This document shows positions 31,379 to 45,517 of a stretch of 64,000 nucleotides of DNA, piece after piece. The notes under the pieces are model-generated. The model ran no database searches and was not told the DNA's origin. It was given only the letters and a program-made list of their open reading frames with translations. Positions within the stretch are counted from its first letter, which is position 1, and the number at the start of each line of letters is the position of its first letter. The translations under genes were made by a program, and so were the position numbers. The DNA is from Amoebophrya sp. A120. Its lineage: Eukaryota; Protista; Dinoflagellata. The stretch spans positions 11,505,571 to 11,569,570 of the forward strand of contig CAJINV010000001.1 in the NCBI GenBank assembly GCA_905178155.1. Reading direction: 5' to 3'.

Positions 31379-34328
31379 TTACTGCACCTGCGCTTTTACC
31401 GGGTCCGCTGCTGTGGCGGTAGCAGGAGCTCCCGGCCACGAGGCCGCGGCGGCATTTCCAGAACCTGCGTACCACGCGGCCCATGCTGCCGGGTCGTAGG
31501 CCTGCGAAGGATCGTAGTATTGTGCATACGCTCCGGCCGCGTATGCGGCGGCCCAGGGGTTGCTGGCGTCGGCGGCCGGGCTACCAGATTCATACGAGTA
31601 GTCCTCCGGGCTCACGGAGGTTCCTTCCGGCATCCACGGCGAGGCGACCTGGGTTGAGTTTCATTTCAACGATGGAGGTGGATCTTCAACTACAAATTCA
31701 TATACTTAATAAGCAAAATTTTGATTTTGTTTCAATGAGTTTGAGTTCAGTGCGTTGACCATGTAAAATCAGCCGCTATTGAGGAAGTAGAAGTTTCAAT
31801 TTGTCCTAATCAGAAAAGCTAAGCATTGAAGGACACCTCTACATTTACTTCCGGTTTTCAATAATGAATATATTTCTGCTTGCAACAACAAAACTATATC
31901 TTCAGTTATACCGGCGACCCGATCACGCCGGCATCCGTTTTGTTAACCGGAACGCCATCGCGTTTAATGTGGTTGACCACAGACCCCTTGGCAAGACGGC
32001 CCGACGCCTTCATTTTCTCGGCCGAATCCACACCCTCGTCGATTTCTAGGCCCGGCGGCGCGCTGTCGCTGGCCCGGGACGGAGCAGCGGTAGAAGCACT
32101 AGCTGCACCGGGCTTCGTGATCGCGAAAGCTTTGTTCGGCTGCTTCTGCACATGCGTCGCCGCACCGGGAGTGAACTCGACCGGCGTTGCGGAATTTTCG
32201 TTTTGCTCCTTCGAGGCTTGCTTCTTCTTCGCGCCACTGGAATCGATCAAGGCGGCCTGCGCGGCAGCGACCTGCTTGGCGTGCGCCTCGTGGTACTGCG
32301 CCATGGCGGCGGCATGCGCGTACTGGTTCGCATAATACATGGACGCCATTTGCTGCTGGACACGCATCATGGCAGCTTGCTGCACCTGATGCTGGTACGC
32401 CGCGGGGTTGGCGCCCGGAGGGCCTGGCGGCGGCGGATACATGCCGTACGGGTACTGCGCAGCTGCTGCTGCGCCCCCGTAGTACGCCGGCGGCGCCCCG
32501 AACGGCGCGGCGCCGCCAGCAGCTTGTGTCTTTTTGTCCTCGTCGACAACCAAGTAGTCACCGCTCTGCGTCAGGTAGATGGCGGCCGGGTCACGGGTGA
32601 TCGTCAAAATCTTCTTGTCGCCTTTGCCCGGCACGGCCAGCTGCGGGGACGACGATTGCGGCGTTGCAGTGGAGTCTGCAGGCACAGCATCACCAGCAGC
32701 TGCGCCAGCACCACTGTCGCGGGCCGCCGGCGCGAAGAAAGGGGTCGCGGAGCTGGAAAAGGCCGTCGGAGCTCCTGGCGCGCTGCTGCCAATCGTTTTG
32801 TAGTTGTTGTACGACTTAGTCGAATTGTAGTTGTAGCCCTCTCCGGTCTTCTTGTTTGCGTCAGTGTAGTTCCCGACGCTCCGAAATTTCGGGTCGCTTT
32901 CAAAGTTCTTGTTGGCGCTGGTCGTGTCCCGCCAGTTGCTTTCCCGCCAGTTTTCGTCCGCAGTTGTGGAGGACGAGGAGGAGACAGACCCAGACATGGT
33001 TTCCTGCTCCACCTGATCTTGCAGCTTCTTCGAGCCAGTCTTGTTTTTGCTACTGGAGTTTTTATCCTTCATCAGGGAAAACGCGCGCTGCAGATCGTCC
33101 GCGACGGCGTTGCCGGTCGGCGGAAGTTCGACCGCCCCAACAGCCTTCTTCGAGGACTTTCCCGTCGACGAGGAAAGGATCACGGGCTGCAGCACCGGCG
33201 AAGTGACGGGCTTCGGCGAGGACGTCGAAGTATTACCGTGCAGCGTGTCCAGCTTGCGCTGCGCCGCCCGCGCGTTGAAGGACAACTCCGCCTGCGAAGT
33301 CGCGCGTCCCCGGCCCTTCGGCGAGCGGGACTTCTGCGCCGTACCGTTGTTGCTGGATTGCGTGTTGTTCCCATTGTTGCCCCCGTAAAAGCCGGGCGGG
33401 GCACGGAATCGCGGGTTGTTTTTCTGCAGCATCGCCTCCTCCTGGAAGTTTACGATGTAGCTGGCCAGGCTGTCCAGGCGGGTGGTGGACGAGGCGGTAC
33501 TGTTCGTCGTGTACCGGCCAGCGCTGCTGCTGCTGGCGCTCTCGGTCGCCGAGTTTTGGCGCTCGGTGGCGGAGGACGAGTCCGCGCTGTTCGAGTTCTG
33601 CGCGGAGGAAGATGAGCTCCCGCCCGCCGGGTCGGTGAAAGCGGTCAAAATCGCACTCAGAGCCTGCTGGTCTTTGGTCTTGCGCTGCTCCTTCTTCTTC
33701 TCCTGCTTGACGATGTCGTTGCTCATCTGTCGTGGTGGTTTTTTTAAATTCATTATTTTCAACATCGTTGCTCCACAGAAAGAAAAAGAGTGCTCAGGGC
33801 GGTAGCAGCATCACTTTCACTTTGCCAAAATCAAAATCAAAATAATGCATGAAACATGCGCTGCATGTGTACTATATGCAAGTGTCTATGTGAAAAATGA
33901 AAATCTACCATGTCGTTGAACATCATGGTGATGATTTGGCGTTGCGTGTTCTGGTCTTGCCAGGACGTCATCGGCTTGCCCATCTTCTTCAGGTACTCGC
34001 GCACCTTCCGCGGCGGCTGGTTCGGAGTCGAATCCTTCAGCTCTTCGCGCAACATGCTTTCCACGGTCACGGGCGGCCGGCTGCTGTAAAAGTCACCCGC
34101 AAAAATCCGCTGGGCGCGCTTGTGCGTCTTTCCGTCAGCCGAGACCCCTTCCTCGGGTTTGGCTTCCGAGGAAGCAGGAGCTGCACCATTGGCGTCCGCT
34201 TTGGTGGCAGCCATGTCGTTCTTCGAATTGGGCTTCGAAAGAGAGCCAGCGGCCGGAGTAGAGGCGGTAACCTTGTCGTCCAAGCTCACGAGCTCGTTGT
34301 TGGCGTTCATCGTGTCCTGTGCCTCCAT
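31379..34328 (-). CDS. Low-complexity (S/N/Q/A/Y-rich) hypothetical protein, 3 exons
   Basis: ORFs 33837..34352, 31906..33765 and 31379..31633 join in phase 0 via GT-AG introns (FNDM|MSND and IGSP|VASPW). Confidence 0.7.
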
Positions 34329-35936
34329 TTTTGCTGTTTTTCGCTTAGTCAAAGGTAGAGAAATACAGTCTTGAGGTGAAGGTTTTTAAAACGAGTGTCA
34401 GACGTTGATGGTATGCAGTGAAGCAGTTTTTTTAGAGAGAGTTTGGTTTTGTTTTGATATGAGTAGAGTTATTCGAGAAGTAGTGTAGTAATCGGTGCAC
34501 AAAGCACGTTCAAGGTTGTGAAGAAAATCGAAGTTGATAGGGGAAGTGGAGTTCAAGAAAAGAAGCGTGATGTTGTCGCTTCGTGTCGTCTGTTATTTCG
34601 TGTTGGGGTTTGAAATGAATTGAACGAAACGATTACTTGCGACGAGACCAACAACGCAATTCGTTTTTCAACGATGAGCACGTACGAAGTTCTCCAGGCA
34701 TGGCAACGGTCGTCGTGCATTGACGAGCGCGACACATCATCATAATAAGATGGAACAGCATCAACAGACGCAAGAACGGCTACGTTTTTTTCCACGAAAC
34801 CGACAATTTTCATTTTGCTCGCTTGAATTCTCCAACAATGTCACGTGTACGGCTTCTACGAAGAAATGCACGACGTAGTACGGAATCAAAACCCGCGACG
34901 TGGTACGAGTCTCGCACATACACTACACCAGGACCGAGTGTTTGTTTTACCGATGCGGCGTTCTTTCAGTCGGTCACTACTTTTTAGAGCACCAGCACGA
35001 ACATCGACAACATCATAAAGATGTTGACCGTGACTTGACAACGCCCCCCAATTTGCGGTTCTGCAACCCCCGCAAAAAAGTTTTGCTTTTGATGTTAGAG
35101 TTACGTACTTGCAAAATAAAGCCGAAAAAGATAAAGAAAAGTGCGCAGAAAGTTGGAAATCAAAGAGATTTGGTATATCTTGTTAAGTAAGTATCTATGG
35201 ATGTCCACTTGATTCATGTCGCAGATAGGCCGCGTCACTAAAAATGGCTTCTTTTTTAAACGAGGGAGGTGTTGATAAGGAAAGTAGAGTTGTCGTGCAG
35301 CGAGAGGCTAGATGGGGACGCCTCGTCTTTAGGTACTTATTCATGTTAGTTCTCTCTAGGTCGTCGCTAGATTCGTCTAGTTTCGTTCATATGTAAATCT
35401 ATGTTAAAAATGTATGGGCAAAAATAGTGATAAAGTTGTAAGACAAAAAAAGGAAATGCAAAACAAGGTCGAGAACAAAAAAATGAAGAGCGCAAAAAGT
35501 GTTTATGAAAGTAGAGATTTCATTAAGTGCGATGCGGGTCCAGGCATGGACTGGTCATACTTGCACGTCTTGGAAAAAGAGAGAGCAGAACTTAGTTGGA
35601 GAGATTTCAAAACTACGGGATTACGTACTGATAGAAAAAGAGGTTACTGACGAGTCAGTAGGGTAAAAGATTTCTTTGTAAACTGAAAATTCCTTGGAGC
35701 TACACATACAAAATTTTTTCGTGCTTCTCGAGAGTGGACAGTAAAGAGTTCAATGTGAACCTCATGCAAAATGCTTGTCGTGTTTTTCATGACGCAAGAC
35801 AGAAACAAAATTTTCATGATTTCTGCAGCCCTGCTCCGGCTGCTGTGCACAACTGGCGGCAGAATTGATTTCTTTCCGAGGGAATAAAATGTCACAGACA
35901 ATTGGAATCATCGTCGTTTGTTCTTCTTCTCCTCCT

Positions 35937-38900
35937 CTAAATTTGGTGCTGCTCCGCCGTGAGCAGGGTGTTTTTGTCTGCAGTGGCAGCCAGCTCCTGC
36001 TGCAGACGTTCGTACGCCTCCTCGTAGAAAAAGGCGTCGTCTGTTTGTTTGTTGCTCTCCTCATAGTGTGAAGAGAACCACTGCATCAAGTTCGCAGACG
36101 AGGGCGGGGAACAGGTCTGCTCCTCCTGCAACGCTGCGGCATAGCCAAACCAGTCGGAAAAATCCTCGCCGGGGCCGGTAAGTCCCGGGGGCGGCCGTCC
36201 TCGAGGCGGTGTGGTAGACCGGGTCGTGGTCGTCGGCTGCCCGCCTTTCCCGCCCGCGCTGAAGCCCTTGGAATGCACCGAGGTCTTCACGTGATCCTCC
36301 TCCGGGGGCGGGGGAGGAGGCGGAACCTCGTCGTCGTAGGTGTTGTTCGCCGTGGCCGCCATCCCGAGATTCAGGTAGTAGTGGTAGGCAGCGGCCGCCG
36401 CCTGGGCCTGTTGGAAGGCCGCCGTGGCGGCTTCGTACTGCATCGCGTCGATGTCATGCTGCTGGTGTTGCTGTACCATCGCAGGCGCAGGCAAAGTTGC
36501 TGGAGAAAAAGCCGCAGCAGCGCCTTTCTTGCCCTTCCCCTTCTTGCCCTTGCCTTTATTCCCACCTTTGAAGCTGAGCAGGTTGGTGCCCTTGATGCCC
36601 AGGTTGCAGAGCTGCTCTTGCTCCGCGAGAAGGCCTTTCAGAAGCTTCTTTTTCCCCAAATACGGCTTCGGCGGCTTCACCGGCGTGGAACTCCGCGGCT
36701 GTTTTCGAATTTTTTACGAGCGATTAATTTCTAGGCGTGATTGACGCAGAGGATTTTAGTTGTACGGAGGACTGGAGTGAAGATTCCAAAAACTAACGCG
36801 CAGCTTTAAGCCTTGTTCGTTTAACTGTTTCTAATTCTACAAGGAAATTATGGAAGGGAAATTGGAAACCAAACGCAAGGAGCACAAGAAGAGCTTCTTA
36901 CTTTCTAGACGTAGAGTGAACTGGCACTCAGAAATCATGATACCGTTAGGACGCTCTCCGAGTTGCTTTGCGCACCCAGATTGAACGCACTGTACACGGG
37001 GGAGCGGCTTGGCGCTGGTTGAGTAGACGACCACTGCGGAACAGATTCATCATCCGGAGCATCACCAGCAGCTGCCTTCGTTTCGTCCACGACCGTCACG
37101 GCAGTTGTTACCGGCTTCGGGCGCTCGGTTTCGGCGCCGCTCGTTGCCTCGGCTTTCAGCTTCATTTCGCGCAGCCAGGCGAGATGGTTTTTCCGCTCCT
37201 CCAGGTTCCCGCGCATCTGGATGGCGCCCGTCTGCCGGGACGCTTCGAGCTTCTTCGTGGTGGTAACCGGTCCAAAAACAGATTTCCCACTGTTTTGCGG
37301 CGTCGCGGATTTTTGCAGCGACGCATCCTCGCCGGCAGTGATGGTGCTGTCAAGAACCACACCGTCGGCGTCCGCCACAGCATCCTCGGTTTGCTCGTCG
37401 TGCGGAACGAAGTCGGAAAGCGCCAGCAGATTTTCGTCGTCGATCACGCGCAACCGTTCCAGGTCTTCGTTCTCGATGTTGTTTTCCGGAACAGTTTCGT
37501 GGTCTTCTTGCAAAAGAGAAGCCGCAGCTTGTTCTGCACTAGCATTGCAAGCGTCCTCTTCCTGGGTGCAGCTGGAGCTGCAACAGAGGGATGACAAAGA
37601 AGTCTCCTGCCGCTGGTGGTCTTCGCAGGTTTTCGCCGCGGTTCGCTCGGCCTTGCGCAACAGAACATCGTCATTGGTGGTCTTACTGGTATCCAACTCC
37701 GCCCCGTCATTATTCACGTTTCGCTCGGAAGCAGAGGGACTTTCGTCCCGCGACGTCGCCTGATCCTCGGTTTGGGTTTGCACTTGCACCGCGCCGCACT
37801 CGCCCTCGAAATGGTGGTGCTGCTGCGCGGCCGCCATGGCGATCGTGATTTCCGCGAAGGCGGCCGCCGGGGGCAGCGCAGCCGCGCCTTGTTCTTGATC
37901 AAGCGCCCCATGTCGAGCAGCTCTTGTTTCAGCGGCCCCTTCTCCCGCTGCCGCCGTCGAAAGCAGCTGCTGTTCTTGACCGCCAAATAAAGGATCGTTC
38001 GGATTGCGCAGCGTAGATGCGCTGTCGCCACTGCTCCGCGTGCTGCTCTTGCTCCCGCGCTCGGCCTCGGAGGCGGTGCGAAACAGTTCCGCGGCGGAGT
38101 TCAGTTCCTCCGCGGTCTTCACGTGGAAGTTGCCGGTCTGCGCACGCACGTCCTCGCACAGGTTCTGCAATTCCGGGAAGGACTGGGCCAGCAGCTCCGC
38201 GAACTTCTCCAGGTCCAGACTCCCATCCGTCCGCTTGAAGTCGTCAATTTTCAGCGACGTGCCGTCTCCGAGCGCCGCCGTGATCATGGTGGCCAGCGAT
38301 TGCGTCGCTGCCGCGGAGGGAACTTTCCGCGGCTGCTCGAAGAACTCACCTCCCGGGTGCTGAAATGCGCCGCCGTTTTGCGCCGGGGATGCCGGGTTGT
38401 TGAACGACGGGGGTGCACAAGAGGACCCAGGTGGACCACGCTGCTGCGGTTTGTAGAAGTAGGGAAATCCTCCGTTCGCGGTGTAGGAAGAACTGCTGCT
38501 GCTGCTGCTGAACGGCGGCGAGGTCGTGTTGAAGCAGTTGTAATGCGGACCGAGAGGCAGACCACCAGGAGCAGCCGTGCCGTACATCACGCTCGGGTTC
38601 GCGGCGCTGTGATGCTGCAGGAAATTGTAGCTGTACGGCAAGCCGCCCGCAGCAAGTTGGCGCTGGGGCAGGACGCCGCGCTGCGGTGTGGTGCTGTTTC
38701 CGCACGATCCAAAAATTCCCCGTGGCTGCTGCTGCTGAGCGGTTGCCGTGTAGGTCGCATTTTTGCTACCGCGGTTGTAAAAGTTGTAAAACGAGGACGC
38801 GGTGGTAGCCGCGGCCGTCGACTTCTGGGCGGTGCTGCCCCCGGACCGCGTGCGGGGGTCGTCGGTCCACAGGTCGAAACCGCGCAGGTCGCGCGGCTGG

Positions 38901-39355
38901 AGGTCCGCCGGGATGGCCTGAAGACTCGGTTTGCGACCATGGATCCCAACTGCGGAGGACGAGGACGAAGAGCCGGAGGACGAGGACTCGGCCGAGGTGG
39001 CCGTGGTCGACGTGGCTCCGCACGCTGGGTCAACATCGTCCCCGGAACAACCGGGAGCGGCTGCCCCCGTAGTAGAAGTTTTCAGCATCTTGCAGAACTT
39101 GCTCGCGTAGCAGGGCGCCTGGTACACGTAGATGTCGCCCCGGAACACGGAGTCGCGGCGCTCCTTGGACTTCTGGTTGCGCGGCGGCCGCCAGGGCTCG
39201 CGCTCCTCGTGCTGGAGCATCTGCGGGGAGTGGTCGTTGGGCTGCATGCCGAAAAACTTCGAAAGCTTCCGGAACATTTTCACCCACCCCTTCTTGTCCA
39301 CAAACTCGCCGATCGACTCGTCGATGTACAGGTTGCTCGCCTCTAGATCCAACAT
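35937..39355 (-). CDS. Low-complexity hypothetical protein, probably 2 exons
   Basis: The 806-aa and 247-aa ORFs can be joined in phase by a GT-AG intron at 36699..36997; GC-rich coding-like composition. Confidence 0.65.
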
Positions 39356-41031
39356 GATGGAGGTGGTGCTCCTGTTCGTTCCGAGTGAACAGCGCTGCTT
39401 TTCCTGCAGAGAAGTTCCTTACTAGCGTTTGTTTTCTCCCGGAGGTGACCTCCGACGTGAAGATGTTCCTCAGAGGTAGCGGTGCTTCTGCTTCTTAAAC
39501 TCGGCTGAAAAATGCGATGAGGACAATACTCAAAAAGCTGCTCGTTCTTGAGTAGACACTAAAATTGGATTTTCAGAAAACAAAAACATCTTGGAAGTGC
39601 ATGATTGAAGAGGAGTAAAGATAGGAGTTGAGATTAGAAAATGTGAGGAGAATTATTGGGATACAACAAATGTCAGGGGGCGTATTTAGGAAAAGTTGTG
39701 ACGTTCTTTAATTGGGACAGCTTGAGATGTGAGTATGTAAAGAAGTAAAAAATGAGTAAAAATTGAGGTCAGTCGTCTTTGTGTTTGTTTATTGTTTCTA
39801 TGTTATTGGGCCTGAATTGCAACAATAGGGGAGGGGAAAAGAGAAAGACGTGCAAATACGACAGGGGTGCTCCTTTGCCTTTTCTTTGCAACGCTGTGAC
39901 ATGAAAAGAAAAAAACGCATCAAATTTTAATTTAGCACAACATCAAGAGAATTACTGAAGAGACGACTTCTATCTCGAGCGCTTATCGCTTCGCTGCATC
40001 TTCAGACTGGCATAGCCAATTGGACGGAAAGAAACCGAACGAAGTGGACGCCGTACGAAATCAGGCCTGACTCGGGCACTACCGAATGTTCGCATATGTC
40101 AGTTGGACGAAATGTACGATTTAGTTCGGACCGAAGCCTATTGACAGGTTCATTGTGATACTAGAATGAAAGCCAGTGCTGCCGTTCAGAACGACTAAGT
40201 ACGTACCGACAAGAATTCGACGAAAAGCACAGCACCGAAAAACTGAAGCAGCACGTTACTAAGCTGCGGACGCACCGAGGTGGGAGATTGACTCGTAATC
40301 GTATACTATGGACTTACTGAATACAGGCTTTCTGTTTATTCCTGCAACGTCCGCCCTGCATGCAAGATCCACATGGATACTGACTTTTTGTTTTTCACAC
40401 GGAGTAATACTTTCAAGTGTCGACTTGCGAACAGAAATACTTACTCAATCTCCGTCGTCGTACGCGCACGTGGTAATCAAGTTTATGGTTGCACAACCCG
40501 TGACGACCTGCATACTGATGAGGAAGCGCACCGGCGGGTGAGTGAATGCAAGAAATCTTGAATGCTGATAAACAACATGTGTGAACCAATTATGTGCAGC
40601 GTGTGTGTGAAGCAAATCATCATCATGTCACATCTACCTTTCTTGCTTGTAACACCTGACTCAATGCGAATGCTGGCCGAGAAGTCAGAAGAACTCGCAC
40701 TATTACTGTACAAGGACTGCCGCGACATGTACATCTACCTGTATGCTAGAACGGACAAACAAACATGAGCATCAGCAAGCGCACGTGCCCGGTGTGCACA
40801 TGAAATAATGTAATTGTAAATCTTCTAAAAAATGGACAAGTACATGATGATGACGTGTAGACATTTGTCTTGCTTTTCAATAAAAAGAAAACCAAAGCAC
40901 GACGCCTACCACGATTTGTTCACGTTTTTCGTTTCTGTTTTTCCACGAATGCGCAGTGCGAGTGCCTCCGAAAATATTCTTTTTAAAGTAAGCAGGTAGT
41001 GCAAGAACAAGCAAGCTGTCTTCTATCATCG

Positions 41032-44000
41032 TCACTTTTCTTGACTATTTTCCACCGGCGTCCTTCCTCCAAGGTGGTCGTCTAGCAGAGGCCTTCGAAG
41101 GTCGTCCCCGGTGGCGAACATATCCCTCGTGTTGGTCGCACCGCCGAAGCTATTCGCGGGAAGATTCTGTCCAGTTGGGGAAGGAGCTGCTCGCGGAAAT
41201 AGAAGTCCCTGACTACCGCGCGGCTGTGCGAACATGCCAAGTGCGGTGTGGTGCAATCGCCTTCTGGCTTTTTTGTTCAGTGATATGACGTGGGTGACGA
41301 ATCGCTTTTTCGTGATCAAACCGTGAAACGCGCCCTCGTGGTCGACCACCGCGACCAAGCGCAGTCCCAGGCGGTAAAAAATGTGGTGCGCGAGGTGCAA
41401 GGGGGTCTCCGGTGCGATGCGGAGCAGAGTGCGGTCAACCAGATCCGACAGGTCAATCGCGGTCGTCGCTCCAACCTCGATTGTCCCCGGAGGCTGGCGC
41501 GGCCGGCTGTTTATCGGCGACGGGCTGTCAGGTTGTCCTCGCAGTAGAAGCAGTTCATTTAGATTTTCTGGCGGCTCAAAGGATCCACGCGGCGACCGGG
41601 AAATGTTTCGTGAATAGACGTCCTCGTCCCCCCCGTGCTGCTCAACCACTGCGGAAAGCGACGCAGCAGCGTCTTCGTCATCCTCGGAAGAGAGGAGAAC
41701 AACTCCCCGGTGGTTCATGCTGCTGGTTCTTGCGGAGTCGAAGTCGTTGTTGTTCATCTTGTAGTTGTTCATGGCCGTGGTTATTGCAGTGCCTCCAATA
41801 GTTCTACCTACAGTGGTACCTCCTTCATCCGGTCGTGCCAGTGTCCCACCGACCAAAGTTCCGGAAGAGCTGGACGCGGAACCGAGTGGCATGACCTCCT
41901 CGTTTTCGACAAAGTATACGGGCGTTTCCGCACCATATCCCTCGGGGCCCAGCAAATCCGCGACGTCTTCTCGGAGCTGCGCCGCGTGCACGTAACCGAT
42001 GAACGCGTGGTACCTTTTTTTCGTGGCTGCGTTGGTCCGCCGAACTAACAGCGGGTACCCGGAAACCGGTCCGAAGGAAGCAGCCGCACTAGCGGAAGTT
42101 GTAGTAGGTGGCGCACCAACAGTCGACCACTGCTGCAGAAGCTTCTCTAGCATTCCGAGTGTTATTGGCGCCGATTCCGGGCTGGGAACTCGGATGCAAA
42201 GGTCCGCTGGCGTCATTTCCACGATGTCTGCCGCGTAGCCCGGCGTGAACGTCCCTTCGGGCTCTTGGAGGAAGAGATACTTCTTCAATAAAATGTACCT
42301 ATCGTAGATCCCGTCGTTAAACAGGTCCCCGGTCCACCGTGCAAACTGCGCCGCCAGCATGAAGGGCACGATGTGCTGTAGAGCTCCGGTGAGCTCGAAC
42401 ATGATCACCACCAGCGAGATGGTCACGCGGCAAACACCGCCTAGAACCGCGGTTGCGCCGACGATGCCGTACACCGAAGGGGCGATCGGGGACGAGAGCA
42501 GATCGCCAAAACCGAACTGGTTCGTGATCCCGATGTAGTACAGGTAGCTTCCCAGCAACCGCCCCAACGCCCCCCCGACAAAGAGACTTGGCACGAAGAG
42601 TCCCGCCGGCAGTGGTGCACCGAAGGTGACGCACATCAAGACGAAGCGAAGCACCCCGGCGGCCGCGAGCTCCTGTAGCGTCACCGGTTCGAGCTTCGGA
42701 CTACCGTCGCGGTGACACAAATGCATCTCATCGGCGGCATGGAGGCTGCGGACTACGAATTCCGTCTGGCTGCGGGAGTTCACGAAGTCCTCGCACGGCT
42801 CGAAGAGACGGAAAATCACATCCACCATCAGCGGCGCCATGAACCGGTTTTTCAGTGTGCTGACAACGGTGAGAACCGCAATCAGGCTGATCTCCACTTC
42901 CAGGGGGCAGTACCTCCGCCAAAACTCGGATTCCCGGAAGTGCAGCATCGCCGTGTTAACCTTGATAAAAAACGCACCTATGACTCCGCCGATAATCCCG
43001 AGCAAGCAGAAAAAAATGTACTCCACCGGGTCGAGCTTCCAGGTGTCGGTAACCTGAAACAGCGTCAATTTTCCGGTTCCCGTGGGATTCAGGTACATCA
43101 GCATCAGCGCGGCGGACACAGCGGCGAAAAACGCTCGCGTCGAGGTGCGCTGCGAAAAGAACGTGGACGCCTCCTCGAAACTGAAGAGCACGCCGCCCAG
43201 CGGCGCGCCAAACGCCACCGACACACCCGCCGCGGTGGCTGCGGACAGGAGCTCTCGCCGGTTTGCCGGGCTGCTCGCGTAGTGCCAGGGAAACAGTTTC
43301 CCGCACGCCTCGGCCCAACAGCATGCAACGTGCACAAGCGGACCCTCCTTTCCCAGCGTCAACCCAGCAGCGACGCCGGACGTCAGACCTGCTAGTTTCA
43401 CCAGTAACGTATTCCACGCCAAAACCGCCCGCATGTTGAAACCGCCGAGAATTGCCTTTACTTCGGGGATGCCGGACCCTTTTGCCGCCGGCGCGAAAAA
43501 CTTGCACAGGAGCGCGGCGAACAGGGACAGGAGAACGGCGCTCCCAACCCAGATAATCCAGCCACACCAGTAGGCCGCGTCCTCGGGAAGGGAATTAGCC
43601 GTCGCAAGTTGCTCCCACGTCATCAGCGTGCCCTGAAAGGATGAGTGGGAGTAAAATTTGACGTTTCGCTGTCGACAACAGAATAAACAAGCCCAGAGTG
43701 ACATATTATGACCACGCTTTCATCCAGGCTCCATTCATGCATCAAGAAAAGCAATCCTGAACTATCATGATCAAAGGCAACACTTTATACCAAGGTGTGG
43801 GGCGTTTGTCCCGAGGCGGCCAGTTTCGCACGACACTTGAAGTCCACGTTTACTTCATGGCCGCAACAGGCGTACGCGTCCTTGAAAATGTTCGTGACGC
43901 AAAGACCGCTCCTCCAAGTGAACACGATACTGGAGACGATCTGGATAAGCCCGCCGGATATGGCGGTCAAAATCCCTACCGCCGCCGGGAGCAGCCAGGA

Positions 44001-45236
44001 AATCAGCTCTCCGAGGAACTTTAGCCATCGAAATTTTTGCTCAGCCTCCGGCAGCGTGTCTACGGCGGCCATATTGTAGCTCATGTTGTCTTCATCCTGC
44101 TGCTGCTGGTCCCGACGGGTTGTACTACCAGAGTTCGCTGCATTCAGACGGTTCCTACCACTTCTGGAATTGTGCTGTTGATCATCTTTCCCTAACATTT
44201 CTATTCCTCCAGTCAGTGGAGGTGCTCCTGCCGATGGTGCTTTCATCGAAGATTCAGAAAACTGTTGATCTGCTACTGCACCAGCTTCGCTGACGTTGCC
44301 ACTGGTTTCGCGTACAACCTGCAGAGACCGCGTTGGTGAGTGAAGCGCATTGAATTGGGTCGACGACGAAGACGCAGCTGCACCTGCACTTGCGCCGACC
44401 AGTAGTTCTACTCCTTCTCCCGGTGGTGCCCGACTTTGCGGGCCTTGTTGTCCTTGTCGTGACGCGTAAGAATCATTTTGCCGCAGAACGAGAGACCGCG
44501 CAGCTGCGTTTTCCGATCCAGCGTCGAAGACTCCTCTTGTTCCAGCATTTCCAGCTGCAGCCCCCGCGGGAACCAGAGTCTGCTTTTTCATATCACCGCT
44601 AGCAGAATCCTGACCGCGTGGTTCGCGATCAGAGTGAGCTATGCGAGAGAACTTTTCTCGAAACCCATCAACTACAGCCTCTTGGTCGTCGAGTGCACCA
44701 GCAGAAGGCTGGTCTTTGTTGCTAAGACGCACCGGCTCGCCACTGCTCGTCGCATTGCTGTGGAACACTGGACTGGTAGAGCTAGTGGCCGCGGTCCCTC
44801 TTCCAAGAGGTAATGGCGAACTTTTGGCACCGAAGAGCTTTGTCGCCGGTGAATCAGCAGGGCCCCGAGGTAAAACCACCCTGCGTCTGGTTTTCCCGCC
44901 CGATGTGATTTCGTCCTCGTCTTCGCCATCCACTATTTCTTCCGGCTCCTGGCGAAATCCGCCCGACGGCGGGCTATATCTCGAAAACGCCCTGCCTTCC
45001 TTTGACCGACCGCTTGATGCGTGGCTGACCTTGGAGACACTTTCCGGCGTCGTCAAGTGCGTTGCATGGCCCATGCTGTCAAAGGACATGGTGCGCCGGA
45101 CGCGGTGCACCCCACGCACCATGCGCGCCTCGCCGAAGGCATCCTGCTGCAGGCCCAGAATACCTTCGATGCGCTCCTGCTCGGTAAGGCCCCCTGCGCG
45201 GCTCGAAAAGTTAGGCGAGGATGCGGTGTGGTGCAT
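41032..45236 (-). CDS. ClC family chloride/proton exchanger with CBS domains, 2 coding exons
   Basis: GSGIPE, GKEGP (gating Glu), GGVLFSFEE (proton Glu), GLFVPS, VVIMFELTG, GIYD; split CBS pair. GT-AG intron at 43633..43790. Confidence 0.93.
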
Positions 45237-45255
45237 ATCGTTATCGGCCTGCTTG

Positions 45256-45517
45256 TATCAACTGTAAAAGTGTCTGGGTCTGGAAGAGTGCCAGACTTGT
45301 CATGCAGGTTTTTCATGACCCATGAGGTCTGGTATGTAGGACAGAGCATGACAGATTCTGTGAGAGTTCTATCATGCCTATCCTGCATGAGAAACTGCCT
45401 CTCGATTAGGTCAACAGTGGACAGCTTTTGGTAATCACGCAACGCAGATTTTTACATGATCCAGATTTAGCATGACAAGTTGCTTTGTTCCAGACCCAGA
45501 CATATTTGCAATGCATA
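45256..45517. mobile_element. Introner/MITE-like element copy 3 (262 bp), in the probable ClC 5' UTR
   Basis: TIRs TATCAACTGTAAAAGTGTCTGGGTCTGGAA / TTCCAGACCCAGACATATTTGCAATGCATA; perfect TSD GCTTG; colinear and same length as copy 2. Confidence 0.92.

Noticed and set aside
32152-39346. Long plus-strand ORFs (487 aa at 32152..33615, 407 aa at 38123..39346, and similar elsewhere)
   Set aside because: Antisense shadows of GC-rich minus-strand coding regions; no domains.
45053-45442. Similar peptides (LPDPDxFTxD) in ORFs at 12118, 24716 and 45053
   Set aside because: They are translations of the shared TIR, not a protein family or a transposase.
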